Assembly: GCA_004431415.1 (NCBI GenBank)
Contig: QPMI01000138.1
Span: 159,907-223,906, forward strand
DNA length: 64,000 nucleotides
Direction: 5' to 3'
Source of the DNA: Cyanophora paradoxa CCMP329
Taxonomy: Eukaryota > Plantae > Glaucophyta
The position numbers were made by a program, and so were the translations under genes. The notes beneath the pieces were generated by a model. That model searched no databases, was not told where the DNA came from, and saw only the letters and a program-made list of their open reading frames with translations. This document shows positions 37,825 through 50,600 of the stretch, in pieces; within the stretch, counting starts at the first letter, position 1; every line of letters starts with the position of its first letter.

Positions 37825-38563
37825 TCAGGAGCCGCGGCGCGCGGCCAGGTCATGGTCGTCGGCCTGCGCCTGCCGAGCCCGGAGGTGCTCCGAGGCGAAG
37901 CCGCAGGTGCAGGCGCGGGGCGCGGGCCCGGGCAAGGGCGCTGGGGCCGGGGCCGGGGCCGGCGCGGGCTCCCCGTCCGTGTCGAGGTCGAAGACGACGA
38001 GGGGCGGGTCCGAGGGGCGGGCCCTCTTGGGCTTGGGCGACCGGGGCACCTCCTCGAGCTCGCCGGCGGGGCGCGCACGGGGGCTCCCGCACGTCGGCAC
38101 CACGCCGGAGTCCGAGGCCGCCGAGGCGCCCTCGAGCCCGCCGGCGCCGCCGCCGCGGCCGGAGCGCCAGCGGGCGAGGTACGCCTGCGCGGGAACGTTA
38201 ACGCCCGTTAAAATTATTATGGGTCGGCGGAGCGGAGATTCGAGTTCGGGCTACCTCGCGTAGCATCTCGAGCTCGGCCATCTTCTGCCGGGTCAAGGCC
38301 AGGAGCTGCTGGTGCCGCCCGCCCCCGGCGAACTCGGCCCCGGCCGGCGCCGGTTCCGAGGCCCGCGCCGCGAGCTCGGTGCCAGAGGTCGACGTCGCTG
38401 TCTTCGCCTCGGGGCGCTCCGGCTCACGGCGCTCCGGTTCGGTGACGCGCGCGGAGCCGCACGCGCAGGCACAGCTCCTCCGGTCGGCTGCTGCAGCTGG
38501 CGCGCGGCGCGACTCGCTCTCCGCGCCTCCTCCGCGACCGGTCATGCATACGCACTGCGTCAT
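37825..38563 (-). CDS. Hypothetical protein (5' end uncertain, may extend to ~39.4 kb)
   Basis: ORF 38198-38563 splices in frame (MLRE|AYLARW) into ORF 37825-38103. Confidence 0.4.
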
Positions 38564-39737
38564 CCCACAGCTGCGCGTGCGCGCGGGCTGTCAGGAGTCG
38601 CGTGCGAGGATTGCTCATGAGCGAGCAAGGGGCGCCGGCTGGGGTTTCGGGGCGCGCGACGGCTTAAACGGCGGCGTCGAGGCGGAGCGCCTGCTTATAT
38701 TGATGTGCGCGTGCGCACGGACCAGATAACTTCGGAACGCGGTGCCGCTCCAACGCCGGGCCGCTGCGCGCGTAGGCGCCCTTCTTGCTCGAGCTCGAAC
38801 TGGAGCCGCGCGTGCTGGCTATCAAGCACTGCGCGTGAACATTTTTTGAAACTGGCAGCTTCTCCTCGCAGCTGCTGATGGGATGCGCGGATATGTAGCG
38901 CTGATCACTGCATGATGCGCCCCGGCCGCTCTGGGGGCGCTGGCCCGTCGACGTCAACGTCAGCTGCACCGGAGCACCGGATCATGGCCCTCATGGGGCC
39001 AGGCGCCTCGACAACAGCCGGCGCCGCGCCTAGGCGGTGTCCCGGGGACCAGACGAGTTCGGGGCAATGGCTGCTCTGACTCAGGTGAGTACGCATCTTC
39101 GCGTGATGCGACGGGCCGAGTTGATAAGCGCGTCTTTGCCTGGCGGCCTGCTGCACTTGCTTAAGCTTCTCTTGAGCTGCCGGTTGAATGGGAGGGTGCG
39201 CACAAGTTGAGCTACAACTTGGCTCGCAATTGCAATTGCAAGACGGTCGCCCGTGGATCTCGTAAAGAGCTTTACCCCCAAACAATTCGATCCCCATCGG
39301 GACTGGGGGGGGAACTCGGATGGGGGTACGTTGCGCACCGATGGAGACCTGTGACGGGATCCGCCAAGATCGCGTCCGGGATCCCTGAGGGCTTGACATC
39401 GTACGCGTTCCCCTTGAGCCCCTTCCGAGTTCTGCTGTGGGAGCGCATATTCCGGCCGCATATGGCGCCGTTTGCGTGCCGGTACGAGCGCGTACGCGCA
39501 CGTACACGCGTGCGCGGCGCGGCGCTGCGCATCATCGCAGCGCACGCGCGCGCGCGCCTTCGAATTTAACTCCACCTACCGGTGGTGGCTTAACTTAAGC
39601 TTCCAGCTGCGTTCGGCGGCTGCGCGCGCAGCTGAATTTCGAAGGCGCCGCGCGCGCGAGGTGCCGCAGTGCGGCGCGATCTGCAGTGATTCTGCACTCG
39701 CGGAGGTAGGTCGGAAGCGCTAGCGTACGCGTGCACA

Positions 39738-40889
39738 GTGGAGAATTGCTGCGGTCCGAGCGGAGCGGATCGGTCCAGCAACGCAGCAGCAGCGATTCTG
39801 CGGCGCGTCAGTGCAGCTCTTAATTCGTTTGCCGGAAGCCGCGTGACCGTGCGGGACTCAGCAGCGGGAGACGCCCCCCTCGCCTCGGCCCCTCGACCGT
39901 CGGGCGTAGCGCGGCCCTGCAGGCCTTCTGATGGGCTCCCTGGACGCTCTGGCGACGGAGAGGGCCGAGGCGGGGGCGGGGGACCCCCTGTCGAAGATCG
40001 CGCAGCTGGTCGGCCGCGCGCGCCCCCGGGGCGGCGGCCGGCCCCGCTCCCTGTCCGAGTCCGACGGCGCCGGAATCGTCGTCCGCTTCTTCGGTCCGCC
40101 AAATCCGCCTCTCGCGCATCGGTAGAACCTTTTCCTCGTCCTCACGCGCGACGGCGCGCAGGGACGGGCCCAAGCCTGAGCACGGCCGGAGAGGTACGCA
40201 TCGAGCTTCTCGATGGGGAGGAGGGGGAGACGGGAATTGGAAGCCCCGAGGACCCCTGCTCTCCCGGCGGGCGGGCGCCGGCGTCCGACGGCGCCCCGTG
40301 CCGCCCCCGCTCCCTCCCGATCCTCGCCCCCGCCCGCTCCGCTCCGCCAGCGCTGGCTGCAGCTGCGGGGCCCTCCCCGGACGCGACGCGGGGCGTCCGG
40401 AGCTCGGGCGGGCGCCCCGCGGGGCGGCGGTCGCGCTCTGTGGAGCCGGCGCGGTCGCTCCTCGCGCTGCAGCTGGAGAGCATCCCGGAGAGCGCCGCCG
40501 TCTCCCTGCCCCGCTCCCCGGGCTCTTCCTCCGCCGGCGCCGGCCCGGCTGGGCCCGCCAAGGCGGCCCCGGGCCCCCGCGTCGCCTCCCGCATCCGCTC
40601 CGCCATCCTCTTCGCCTCCTCCTCCTCGCCCTCCTCCGCCGCATCCGCCGAGGCCGACGCTGAGACTGACGCCGAGGACGAGCGGGGGCGCTCTGGCGAC
40701 TCCACGCCCCCTTCGGCCCCCGCCCCCGGCCGGACTCTTCTCCAGAAGGCGCCGGCCGGCGCCGCTGCCGCCGCTGCCGCGGGGTGGGGGCGGCCGCAGC
40801 CGCCCGGCGAGCGGGAGCTGCTGGCCCCGACGGCGGCATGGGAGGCAGAGCTCGCCCGCCGCCTCCTCCTCGCCGGCCTCACCGGCTGA
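39738..40889 (+). CDS. Hypothetical low-complexity protein
   Basis: Exon ...IVVRFF|GTGPSLSTAGEVRIELL joins ORF 39931 to the 3' part of ORF 39738-40889; an AT-rich 3' region follows. Start uncertain. Confidence 0.4.
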   Translation: MENCCGPSGADRSSNAAAAILRRVSAALNSFAGSRVTVRDSAAGDAPLASAPRPSGVARPCRPSDGLPGRSGDGEGRGGGGGPPVEDRAAGRPRAPPGRRPAPLPVRVRRRRNRRPLLRSAKSASRASVEPFPRPHARRRAGTGPSLSTAGEVRIELLDGEEGETGIGSPEDPCSPGGRAPASDGAPCRPRSLPILAPARSAPPALAAAAGPSPDATRGVRSSGGRPAGRRSRSVEPARSLLALQLESIPESAAVSLPRSPGSSSAGAGPAGPAKAAPGPRVASRIRSAILFASSSSPSSAASAEADAETDAEDERGRSGDSTPPSAPAPGRTLLQKAPAGAAAAAAAGWGRPQPPGERELLAPTAAWEAELARRLLLAGLTG

Positions 40890-41753
40890 CCGCCGCCGGC
40901 GCCGCCGCCTTTCGAGGGGCACCTGCGCTTCTCTTTCTCGCCTAGTGTACATGTACAGATGCATAGCTTCGATATCGATAATATTCTGCGCGCGCCTCCA
41001 TGACATGCTTTATAATTATCGCCTTCAATCTTTCTTTAGCTGGCTTTTTAATTGTTGAGCTTTATTGTGTACATTTGCAGGTTGATCTTTTATGCCTGCA
41101 GGCTTGAATTCGAAGAGGTCTTCGATGGTTCGAATTCGTATTCCAAGTCTTGAGCATGCATATGTGTATACGTAGGGCACCCATTCGATAGAGTCAGTTC
41201 TTGGGCATGTGTAGGGTACTCTTTTTTTAATTATTCATTATTGCGAGTGTACATTAGTTACGTTCGATTTCAGCCAGTCACTGTTTCCCTGGCCTCGCTA
41301 GTATATTGGCCAGGGCAACACGTAGTTCCAGTGTAAGCTGCCGGCATGAGCATCGTATGAGGCATGCAGGAGCAAACGATCATGATTACGACTATTTATA
41401 TTGATTAATGCTACCGTAGTACCACGTAGCCTAGTATACATAGATTGAATTATTTATAGTACGTAGATTGAATTATTTGTGACACAGTCCTGTATCTAGT
41501 GTTCAGGGTTTATTCGTGTTGGAGTGCGTAAAACGAGCTTGACCCTGTTTTTCTTTAGCCATCGCGCGCGCTGAACAAATTGAATTATATTGCGGAACAA
41601 CGAGACTTGCGATCCGCAAGATCGAGCAGAAGGCAAGTCGGGTAGAGCACGGGCCGGCCTGCGCATGCGCGGCCTGCCCTCCCTCCTGGGGGCCCCCGGC
41701 ATCGTGCGCCGCCGACGCCAACGCCGGACCGTCGGAGGCGGCGCCGTCGGGGG

Positions 41754-42866
41754 CTAGATGTCCCACTGGCAGCCCCAGCCGCCGCGCACGAAGCCCTTCC
41801 CCGACTCGTTCAGGCCGAGCTGCTTCACCTGCGGAGGGGGCGCTCAGAGCCGCGGCGCGGGGTCGACGCCGGGGCGCGCGCCACGCGGCGACCCACCTTC
41901 GGAACCGCCAGCCGGGCCACAACCTGAGCAGGGCGGGGCGGGGCGGGGCGTCATACGGGGCGAGGGTCCGCCTGGGAGGGGAGAGAAGTGGGCCTACGTC
42001 GTTCACGCTCTCGACGTACTTCTTCTCGGGTACGACGGACGGCTTTGCGAACTTGGGCCGTTCCTGACGCCGGCTCGGCTCCGGGAGGGGCGGTTCCCGG
42101 CGAGGGGCGGGGGGTACGCTGACCTTCGTCACGTACAGGCGCTTGATGATGTCGTCGACCTCCTTCTGAGGCGCCTTCTTCATCTCGGGCTCCACGGCAG
42201 GCCTGCGCACGCGGGCCGCGGTGAATGCAGGGGAGGGCGCCCGCGCCCGCGGCCGCCCAGGCGCGCGCACTTGGGGGGGCCCTTTGCGAGAGACGTCTTC
42301 GGCGGCTTGTACCTGCGGCGCCGCGCGAGGCTCGGGCACAAAGAGGGCGGCGGGGGCGCGCGGGGCGCGAGGCGCAGGGCGCGCACAGCCGGCCCAGCAG
42401 CTCCCCCTCCTCGCCCTTCGAGAGCGTCTTGCTCGACACCATCGACGCGGAGCCCGAGGAGTGCAGCGCCACCTGAGGCCGGGCGGGGAGCGATCAGCTG
42501 CGGAGAGCCTCGGAGATTCGCCCCGCATAGGGCCGGGGGCGCGCCTGCAGGCCGAGCGCCGTCGCCTCTGCCTTCTGCCAATCCTTCACGTTCTGCAGCA
42601 CCTGGCGCGCGGGGCGTGAGACGAGGACGGTCGGGAGCGGCGCCGACGACGGCGTACGTGGCGGTGCTGCGGGCGACGCGTCAGGCGGAGCTGCGGGGAG
42701 CGAGCGAGGCGGGCTCCCGCACTTGGGAAGAGGAAGTGTGCGCGCGGATCCGGGTCCAGGCCTCGCTTTCTTGGGTTTCCCCTGGCGAGCCTGGACTGCT
42801 CGGCATCCGCTGCAGCGCGGGCACGCTCCCAGAGCGGGCCGGCTGATCTGTTTCCGCTTCTGCCAT
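41754..42866 (-). CDS. Hypothetical small basic protein (multi-exon)
   Basis: Spliced chain ...VLQNVKDWQKAEATALGLQ|VALHSS..ELLGRL|YKPPK..KEVDDIIKRLYVTK|ERPKF..VND|VKQLG..GWGCQWDI*, with a repeated xRLY motif. Confidence 0.55.
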
Positions 42867-43126
42867 CTGCCTCGCGGCTGCTGAGGACGGCGGGGATCAC
42901 AACTGGTTGTGCTAATGCGCTCTACTCAATGCAAGCTGAATGCCGTGGCTGGCTGGCAAACTCGATCTGCCACAAGACGGGAAACCACCGGTTTCGTCCA
43001 CCAGCACGGCGGGGTTTGTTGCTGATACCGGAGAGTCCTGAAGATGCCAAATACGATGATAAGCTCTTGAAGCTACGGTATACTGGGCTTGGTCGTGAAT
43101 GCGTTCGCTATTGTACCCCCCACCAA

Positions 43127-44369
43127 ATGGCCTTCGCTCTCCCGGCGCTGCCGGCTCTGCCCGCCATCGGCCGGGTGCAGCTGATCAATGCTCAGCGCGC
43201 GCTGGCCGTCTGCGGCCGCCGCGCGCGTGGTTTCCCTGGCGCACCCGTTCCGAGAGTTCAATTCCACGCTGTGCAGCGGGCATCTGGGCGGCTGTTCAGA
43301 GAGGCATTGTTCGTCGCAGCGCAGTCGAGCAACAGCAGCGCACCAGCGCGCCGGGACCCGAGCGCCTCGCATGATGGGCTCAGCCACCTGGAGCCCGCCG
43401 AGATCTTCCGGCTCGCAGGTGCCGCCGTCCGCGCTCTGCTCCCATCAAGGACGGCGCTCGACCGCCCCCGCGCGCAGATGCGGTCTCCTTCGACGTCGAC
43501 TCGACGCTCTGCGCGGAAGTGCGGCGCCCGCCCGCCGCGCGCCGCGCGCCGCGCCGCGAGCGAGCCGAACGCGCCGCGCAGGAGAGCATCGACGTGCTGG
43601 CGGAGCTGGCGGGCGTCGGGGAGCAGGTGGCGGCGCTGACGGCGCGGGGGATGGACGGGAGCCTCCCCTTCCACGAGGCGCTCCGCCAGCGGCTCGAGCT
43701 CATCGTTCCCACCGAAGATTTGATCCGCCGGTCCCTCGAGGAGCGGCCCCCGCAGCTGAGCCCCGGCGTCGCCGAGCTCATCGAGCGGCTCCGGGCCCGG
43801 GGTACCGCCGTCTACCTCGTCTCGGGCGGCTTCCGCCAGAGTGCGCTGGCCTCGACGCCCCTGTACCACTTCCTTCCCGACCCCGTGCCCCCCGCAGTCA
43901 TCGATCCCGTGGCGGAGAGCCTCGGCCTCTGTACCCGCACCGCCGTCTTCGCGAACCGGATCCTGTTCGACGAGGAGGGGGGGTACGTCGGCTTCGATCG
44001 CGAGGAGCTCACCTGCCGCGCGGGCGGCAAGGCCGAGGTCGTCCACGTCCTCAAGGCGCGCTACCCCCGCGCTCCTTCCCCCCCTCGCCCCTCCGAAGGA
44101 CCCTTTACCCCCGCAGCGGGAGAGGGGCCACAGCGTCTGCGTGCACATCGGAGACGGGGCGACGGACCTCGAGGCCAGCCCGCCCGCCGACCTGTGCGCA
44201 TTCGTCGGGACCGGGGCCCGGGGCGCGCGGCCCCCCCGCCCCGCGGCCCCCGCTGACGGGGGCGAGGGGCAGGGTGGTGGGGTACGGGGGCATCGTGGAG
44301 CGGGCGAACGTGGTGGAGCGGGCGCGCCTCTTCGTTCGCCACTTCGACGAGCTCGCCGCCCTCCTCTAG
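43127..44369 (+). CDS. PSP: Phosphoserine phosphatase (HAD family), predicted plastid-targeted
   Basis: MAFALPAL leader; motif I FDVDST, ESIDVLA, motif II LVSGGF, VFANRILFD, GGKAE, motif IV IGDGATDLEA, GYGGIVER. Confidence 0.95.
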
Positions 44370-44693
44370 CCGCCAGCTCGAAGCTTAAGCAACGCCAGGC
44401 GCATTGCAACTGTAGTATTCCTTCCCAAGAGAAATATTAATTACGTGTTAACGACGGCGAGGAATACTGCAACGTGGCAACTGCACGATATGCTGTCTAA
44501 CTGCTCGCACTTAACGTTGACTGAATTCGAACCCCAGCAGCCTAACTCGCTGACTGTTTCTGCACAAAACGAGACCTAGGCCGCGGGCCTGGCCTCAGAA
44601 GCCGGCAGCAAGAATGCGCAACAACCTCACTCGAGCTTTAGCTATAGGTACATGTACATCAAAATTAATAAATCCCGACACGAAGAGAGCTAG

Positions 44694-47600
44694 CTACGTG
44701 TACGTGCGCTCCGCATCCGCAAACAGCACGAGGGCGAAGGAGGCAGCGGCGGCGGCGGAGAGCAGCTTGGGGGACACGAAGCCGGCGGCCAGGGCGGCGG
44801 CCAGGGCCGCCAGGACGAGGCGGTAGTCCCAGCGGGCGTACGTGAAGCGGGCGAGCTTGAAGGCTTCGAAGAGGACGAGGAGGAGGCCGAGGGGGGCGGA
44901 GAACGCGCCGGCGCGGAGGAGGCGCGCCCAGGCGGGGGCCCCGGGCCGGCGGGACCAGCGCTCCCAGGAGAGGGCGGCGAAGGAGAGGAGAGCCGCCATC
45001 CCCGCGGAGGCGAGGGAGCGGGAGCAGAGGCGGAGGGCGGCGGCGCCGGCCCCGAGGAAGCACGCGACGAGCGCGTAGTGGAAAAGGACGTCGAGGAGCC
45101 TGCGCACGCTGCGCTGCGGCGCGAGAGGGCCGTAGCGGGCGAGCGTCCCGCCGGAGGCGCCGCACTCGCCACAGGGGAGGCCGCGGACGCCGCGCCTGCC
45201 GCACGGCGGCGGGCAGGCCCCGGAGGAGTAGCCCAGGTACAGGAGCACCGGCTCGACCCCGACGCGGGCGAAGCCGAGCTCGAGGGCGGCCGCCGTGCAC
45301 GCCTCGTAGACCTCGGGGCGCGCCTCGCGGAGCCACGCGAGCTGCCGCTCGGTCCCGAAGAGGCAGAGGGGCGGGCGCCAGGGCGCGTCGGGGTCGAGGA
45401 GGGCGGCGTTGAAGGTCCCGCAGGCGGGGCACGGGCGCCCCTGCTCCACCTCCCGCGCGCAGCCCCCGCACCCGCACCGCAGCGGCGGCGGCGCCGGCCC
45501 GAGCCCCTGCCCAACCCGTCGCGTGAGGCACGAGCGGGAGGCACGAGCGGGAGGACTCGCGCGGCAGCGCGCGAGAACGCGCACCGCGAGATTCGACGTC
45601 GACGTCGGATTCGAGATCGGGACCCGCGGCCGCGGCCGGGCCTTCGATTTCGAGTTCCCTGCTTTCTTTGCGGGCGGTTCGTGTGCGGAATCCGAATTCG
45701 AAGCGCCCTTGAGCTTGCTGGCACCCGCCTTCTGTGCCGACAGGAATGATAAATTAATACATATACCAAATCAAATCAGAGCAACGATTGTGCACGAGGG
45801 ACCTCACCGCCGTTTTGTCCGCTGCGCCCTCATGATCAGCTGCAGGATACTTTGAGGGACCCGCGGCCGCGCGCTCCGAATTCGAACACGAGGCGTGCTC
45901 TTGGGAAGGCCAGACGCAGAACCACACGAGCGAAATGGCCATTGCGATCAGAACTTCCTTCGCCGTCACACAGCCGGCGACAATGGCGACGGATAAAGCC
46001 ACCAAACCAAAGCGGATGTCCCAGCCCACGTAGTAGAGGCGGGCCATGCGAATGTGGTAGACGCCTTTCACGAGCGCGCGGCCCATCAAATTGAAGGGCC
46101 CCGCACACCACGGCCGGAGGCAGAGGGCTGAGACGAGAAGAAAGGCCAGCGGTTGGAGATGAGCGGAGGCCAAGCCGGCGGCGCCATGAAGCAGCGTCCA
46201 GCCCCACACGACCAAAGTGTAATAGTAGAAGCAGTCGAGGACGCGGACGATGTAGTGCCGGAGACGCGGCGGCAGATTATCGGAGACAAGCATGCGGAGT
46301 TCACCGCGGACGGCGCCGCATCCGCCGCACGGCAGGCCGCTGAACGCAACGCGGCCGCAGGGGCACGCGTGAGTCTCGTAGTCCAGCCGCCTCAGTACGT
46401 CCTCGATCGAGAACGAGCCGCCCATAATAACGATGTCCACCTTGCATTTCTCGAAGAGGCCGGGGCGCGTCTCGCGGAGCCACCGGAGCTGCTTCTCGGT
46501 CCCGAAGAGGTGCGCTGTCTGCTCCAGCGCTAACGGGTACGCAGCGTGCCGCATCGCTGACGGATCGATAGCGATGGCGACGTTGAGCGTGCCGCAGCGC
46601 TGGCACGGACGGCCTGCCCTGGCCGATCGGGTGCAGTTCCCGCAGGGCACGCGCAGGTGAGGGTCGGCGTCGCTTTCCTGCGCGAGTCGATGATCATGAG
46701 GCACGCGATCTGGTGGGCGGCACTCGCTCTGGGGGTCGAACCAGATGAATTGGATCTGGACCCGTGTCGACAGCTTCGAACTCTAGATCCAGAGCTCGCG
46801 CATGCGTTTCGTCGCATCGACACATGGTCGATGTCGAAGTCGGCGTAGACTCGAGATCAGCCTGCACGAACATCCAAAAAGTGAGGATGATTAGATTCAC
46901 GCTCTAAATCTCTCTCACCAGAGTTTCGTCTGGAGGGTCCGAGAGAGCGGAGGTGGAGGAGGACCTTTCCAGAGCCCCTTCCTCGGGATCGCTGATCATG
47001 AGCCCGATCGCCACGCTCTCGGCGCAGCTGGCGAACGAGTTCGCCGCCTCGGCTTTCCGCTGCGCCTCGCCCGAATCCTGCTCGTTGCTGGGCCACAAGA
47101 GGATGCCCCGCTCGCAAGAACCGAGGCTGTTCTGGACCAGCAGGGCGTCGCCGTCGCACCCGATGCCCGCGTAACGGCTGCCGGTGACCCGGTTTCTCCG
47201 CACAAAGACGGTCGGCGCGCGGCCGGCTTCGGCTGCCGCGTTGGAGGTCGGAGCGAGATCCCTGGCGTCGACATGTATGCCGATGGCGTGCTTGCGACCA
47301 GCACACGAAATTACGTTGTCCTCGACTATCGCCAGGGGCTGAGCGAATACGTTTACGTTCAAATTTGCGTGAGGTTTTATCCTTCCAAATTTACATAAAC
47401 AAGAAAATTCACCGCGACATTGTCGGGACTCGAAGGGGTAGCCAATGACTCCGATGGGCCCGGCATGGGCTTCACGTGAACTCCAATCGCGCATACCGCA
47501 GTCACGTTGCAGGCGCAGAACTGAGTCCGCGGCTTCGTCCCTCTGCCAGCCAGAATCAGCGTCGAGTTATATATATCCATGAATAATGAACGCACTGCAA

Positions 47601-50600
47601 GCACACGCCCGCATCTCTCCCCACAAAGATGGACTCCGCCACAATCACAGTGCCACCGGTCGATACTGTGCGGATCCCGCACCCGAAGCCAGGCCCGAAG
47701 TAGTTGTCGCAAACCAAAGCAGCTGCTCCTTCTTCGAAGAGAACCCCTGCAAAATTCAAATAAATTATGGAAAGAGCTGGGATAGCACTAGCGCTTCTCA
47801 TTCGAAGCGCACCCGCGGCGCCTTTGGGCCCGCCCTCATCGTAGACCAAGCCCCGTGGATCCATCGGTACGCGTACGTCAGAAATCGTGTCGACGTCCAC
47901 TTGCACTGCTGCACCTTTTGAAAAACATATGCCGAAATTAATATTCTGAGATGCAAGGGCACATCGCACAAACGCGGCGACGTCGACGGTTATCAATTGC
48001 GCACCGCCCCCGAGGAACTCGTTCGTGCTGAAGTAAGCTCTCGACTGCCGGACGCGCACGGCAACCGAGCGGCTGCCGCCGCGGATCGCGTTGCCGATGA
48101 AGCACACGTTGTAGGATTCGAGATTGGGCTCCGAGTTCGAAGTCGCCGCCGGCACGGCGGGCGGCTCGCAGTCGCTGGAGCTCACGTCGATGCAGACGCT
48201 GCGCTGGCTGAGGACCGTGCAGCCCTGCACCTCGGCGTACGCCGGGCCCCGCACGGAAATGGTCGACGATGGAGACCGCTGGCCGCGAGCGGGCCGAGCG
48301 TCTTCGACTGCGAAGCCGGCCAGCCGCACTCGTACCCGTGTTGCCTTCACGTCTTTGACTTTGTAGGACAGAGCTCCACGGCGCCTGATCTTGGTTGCCA
48401 CCGGCGCCTTCCAACCATCGATCGCAATCACGTCCGCACTGTCGGGCAGCGCTGACGCGTCCAGTATGGAGGTCCTTCCGCCTTGAATTGACACCGACGT
48501 GCTGATTGCCAGCGCCCTCGACAGCAGATACCTGAGGCATTTCGTTTCAGTTCCAGGCGTGGTGAATTCGAAGCCATTACTAGCAGATTCTTTGGATGGC
48601 ACCTCCCGGGGCGCAGAACGATGCAGATGCAGGGTTCGCTTTCGCGGCCGCCGCCAGCGTTGCAGCTCTGAAGGGCTCCGTAGAGCTCGTCGCTCGTGCC
48701 GACGACGACGACACGCGCGTCAGCACCACCAGACTTCTTTTGAGCGACCCCCTTGTAAACTGCAGGGCGATATCGATGGCGAAGCCTGTCAGCAGAGCCT
48801 TTCGGAATCGGACTCTAGATCAGGATCGGCACGCGGGGTCCTTGCTCACTTGTTCGTCTCCCCTCGTCGAAAGATCTGTAGAATCGACAAGACCTCTCCC
48901 AGAGTCGCGAGGTAAACTCATTTGCTGTCGAATGATTGATTGTTTCGATGAAGATCAGATTAAGATCTGGAACAAAGAAATGCGGCTCACAGCTGTTGCG
49001 AAAGAGACGTTTTTGAGAGGGTCCTGCTCCGAAGATCCGGGTGAGTGACCTTAGAAGCGACGGGTAGTTTGGCGAGGAAAGGAAGTTCAGGAGCTGAAGG
49101 GCGGTGCGTCAGGGAAGACATCGGTGCCCGAGGCCTCTGCGGGGAGCGCACCGCCGTGTCCGGATCCACCTCCAGAAGCTCGCCCTGCCCCTCCGAGCTC
49201 GAAACGGCTCCAACGAGGGCTGAAAGCGCGGCGAGCTGCTGGGGCGGGGGCGGCTCGCGGTCGAGGTCGGCGCCCACCGCCTCGATCAGAGGGAGGCAGC
49301 ACTTGTACGCGTAGAAGGCCAGGCCGCGCCGCCTGGACGAGACGTTTGGGGGGAGCTCCTCCTCCGCCCCGCCGAAGCTCAAGCTCCCGGCGACCCACAG
49401 CGACGGGTGCCTCTGCACGAGCGCGAAGCACTCGCTCCACATCTGGCGGCCGTCGAGCAGCTCGAGCGCGCGCGTCGCATCGCCGCGCGCCTCATAGTAC
49501 TGCGAGGGAGCCGTCGGCGGGACGGAGGGCAGTGAGAGCCGCATTCGCGCACCGCGGCGGCGTCGGCCCAGCGGCCGGACTGGTACCAGACGGACCACGC
49601 TTCTGCCGGCTGCCCCGCGCGATCGTACAGCTCCGCCGCCCGGGCGTGGTCCCCCGAGCTGCGCGCAGGCTTGGGTGCCGGCCGCGGGTCGAGTACTGGG
49701 AAGGGTACTGCGCACTCAAGGTATGTCTTTGCGGCCCGGGCCAGCTCGCCGGCCTGCTCGAAAAGGGAGGCGGCAGAGTGCAGGTCCTCAGCCCTGTCCG
49801 CTTGATTTTTTCGCTCTGTGCGATGTCTTAAGCTCGGTCATGGCGAAAGACAGGGAACATCTTCATTACCTTTCGCCCTGTTCAGCGCCCTCTTTGCTCT
49901 GTCGAGCAGCTCCGACCTCGCGTTGCATGATACAGTCTTCGGTGATTTCGACAGCTTGCTGGATGCATATGCCGTAGGCTGCGCAGCCGCCTTGCCAGCG
50001 ACCGAAGTGGCAGCGGCGGCGGCAATGACGTCGAGCTTGGCGGCGATCGCATCGGCTCGGTCTGCCGCATCCAGCAGCCCAAGCCGCTCGTACTCCCGTG
50101 CCTTGCGCCGCTGCAGGAGGGGGATCGAATAAGCCGGATTCGCAGACGCTGCGCCTGGAAGCATCGAACGCACCCAGTCCGCAGCAGTGCTCTCCGCCCG
50201 TCGCGGTGCCGTACCTGCTGTCGTCTCGTCCTGTGCAGAAATTAGTCCGTTCGGATGAGTAGTGCTGGCCGGAGAAGAGGCACCTGCACGGCGCGACACT
50301 TGTGCAGGAGACTGATAAGCGCCTGGCGGCAAGTGGCGCCGGCGCCCCGCGTCGCGCCGTCGGCATCGAAGATCCTGCTCGACTTGTCAGCGATCGTCCC
50401 AGCAGCCGGGCGACAGGCGCGCGGCGGCGCTGACCAGACTTGCTCGCGGGCGCGCGTGACGGCCGTGTACAGCAGCCGCAGGGCCAGCGCCATTGCCTGC
50501 ATCTGCGGCGCCGACGGGTCCGGCCCATGCACCTTCTGCGGCGGCGTTCATGATAAGCCACGTAGGCGCCTCGGCAAGCACTGCCGCACCTGAGAAGGCT

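Noticed and set aside
44694-46704. Two stand-alone intronless membrane-protein genes
   Set aside because: Both ORFs start at GTG inside predicted introns and connect in frame to upstream exons, so they were treated as part of the helicase gene.
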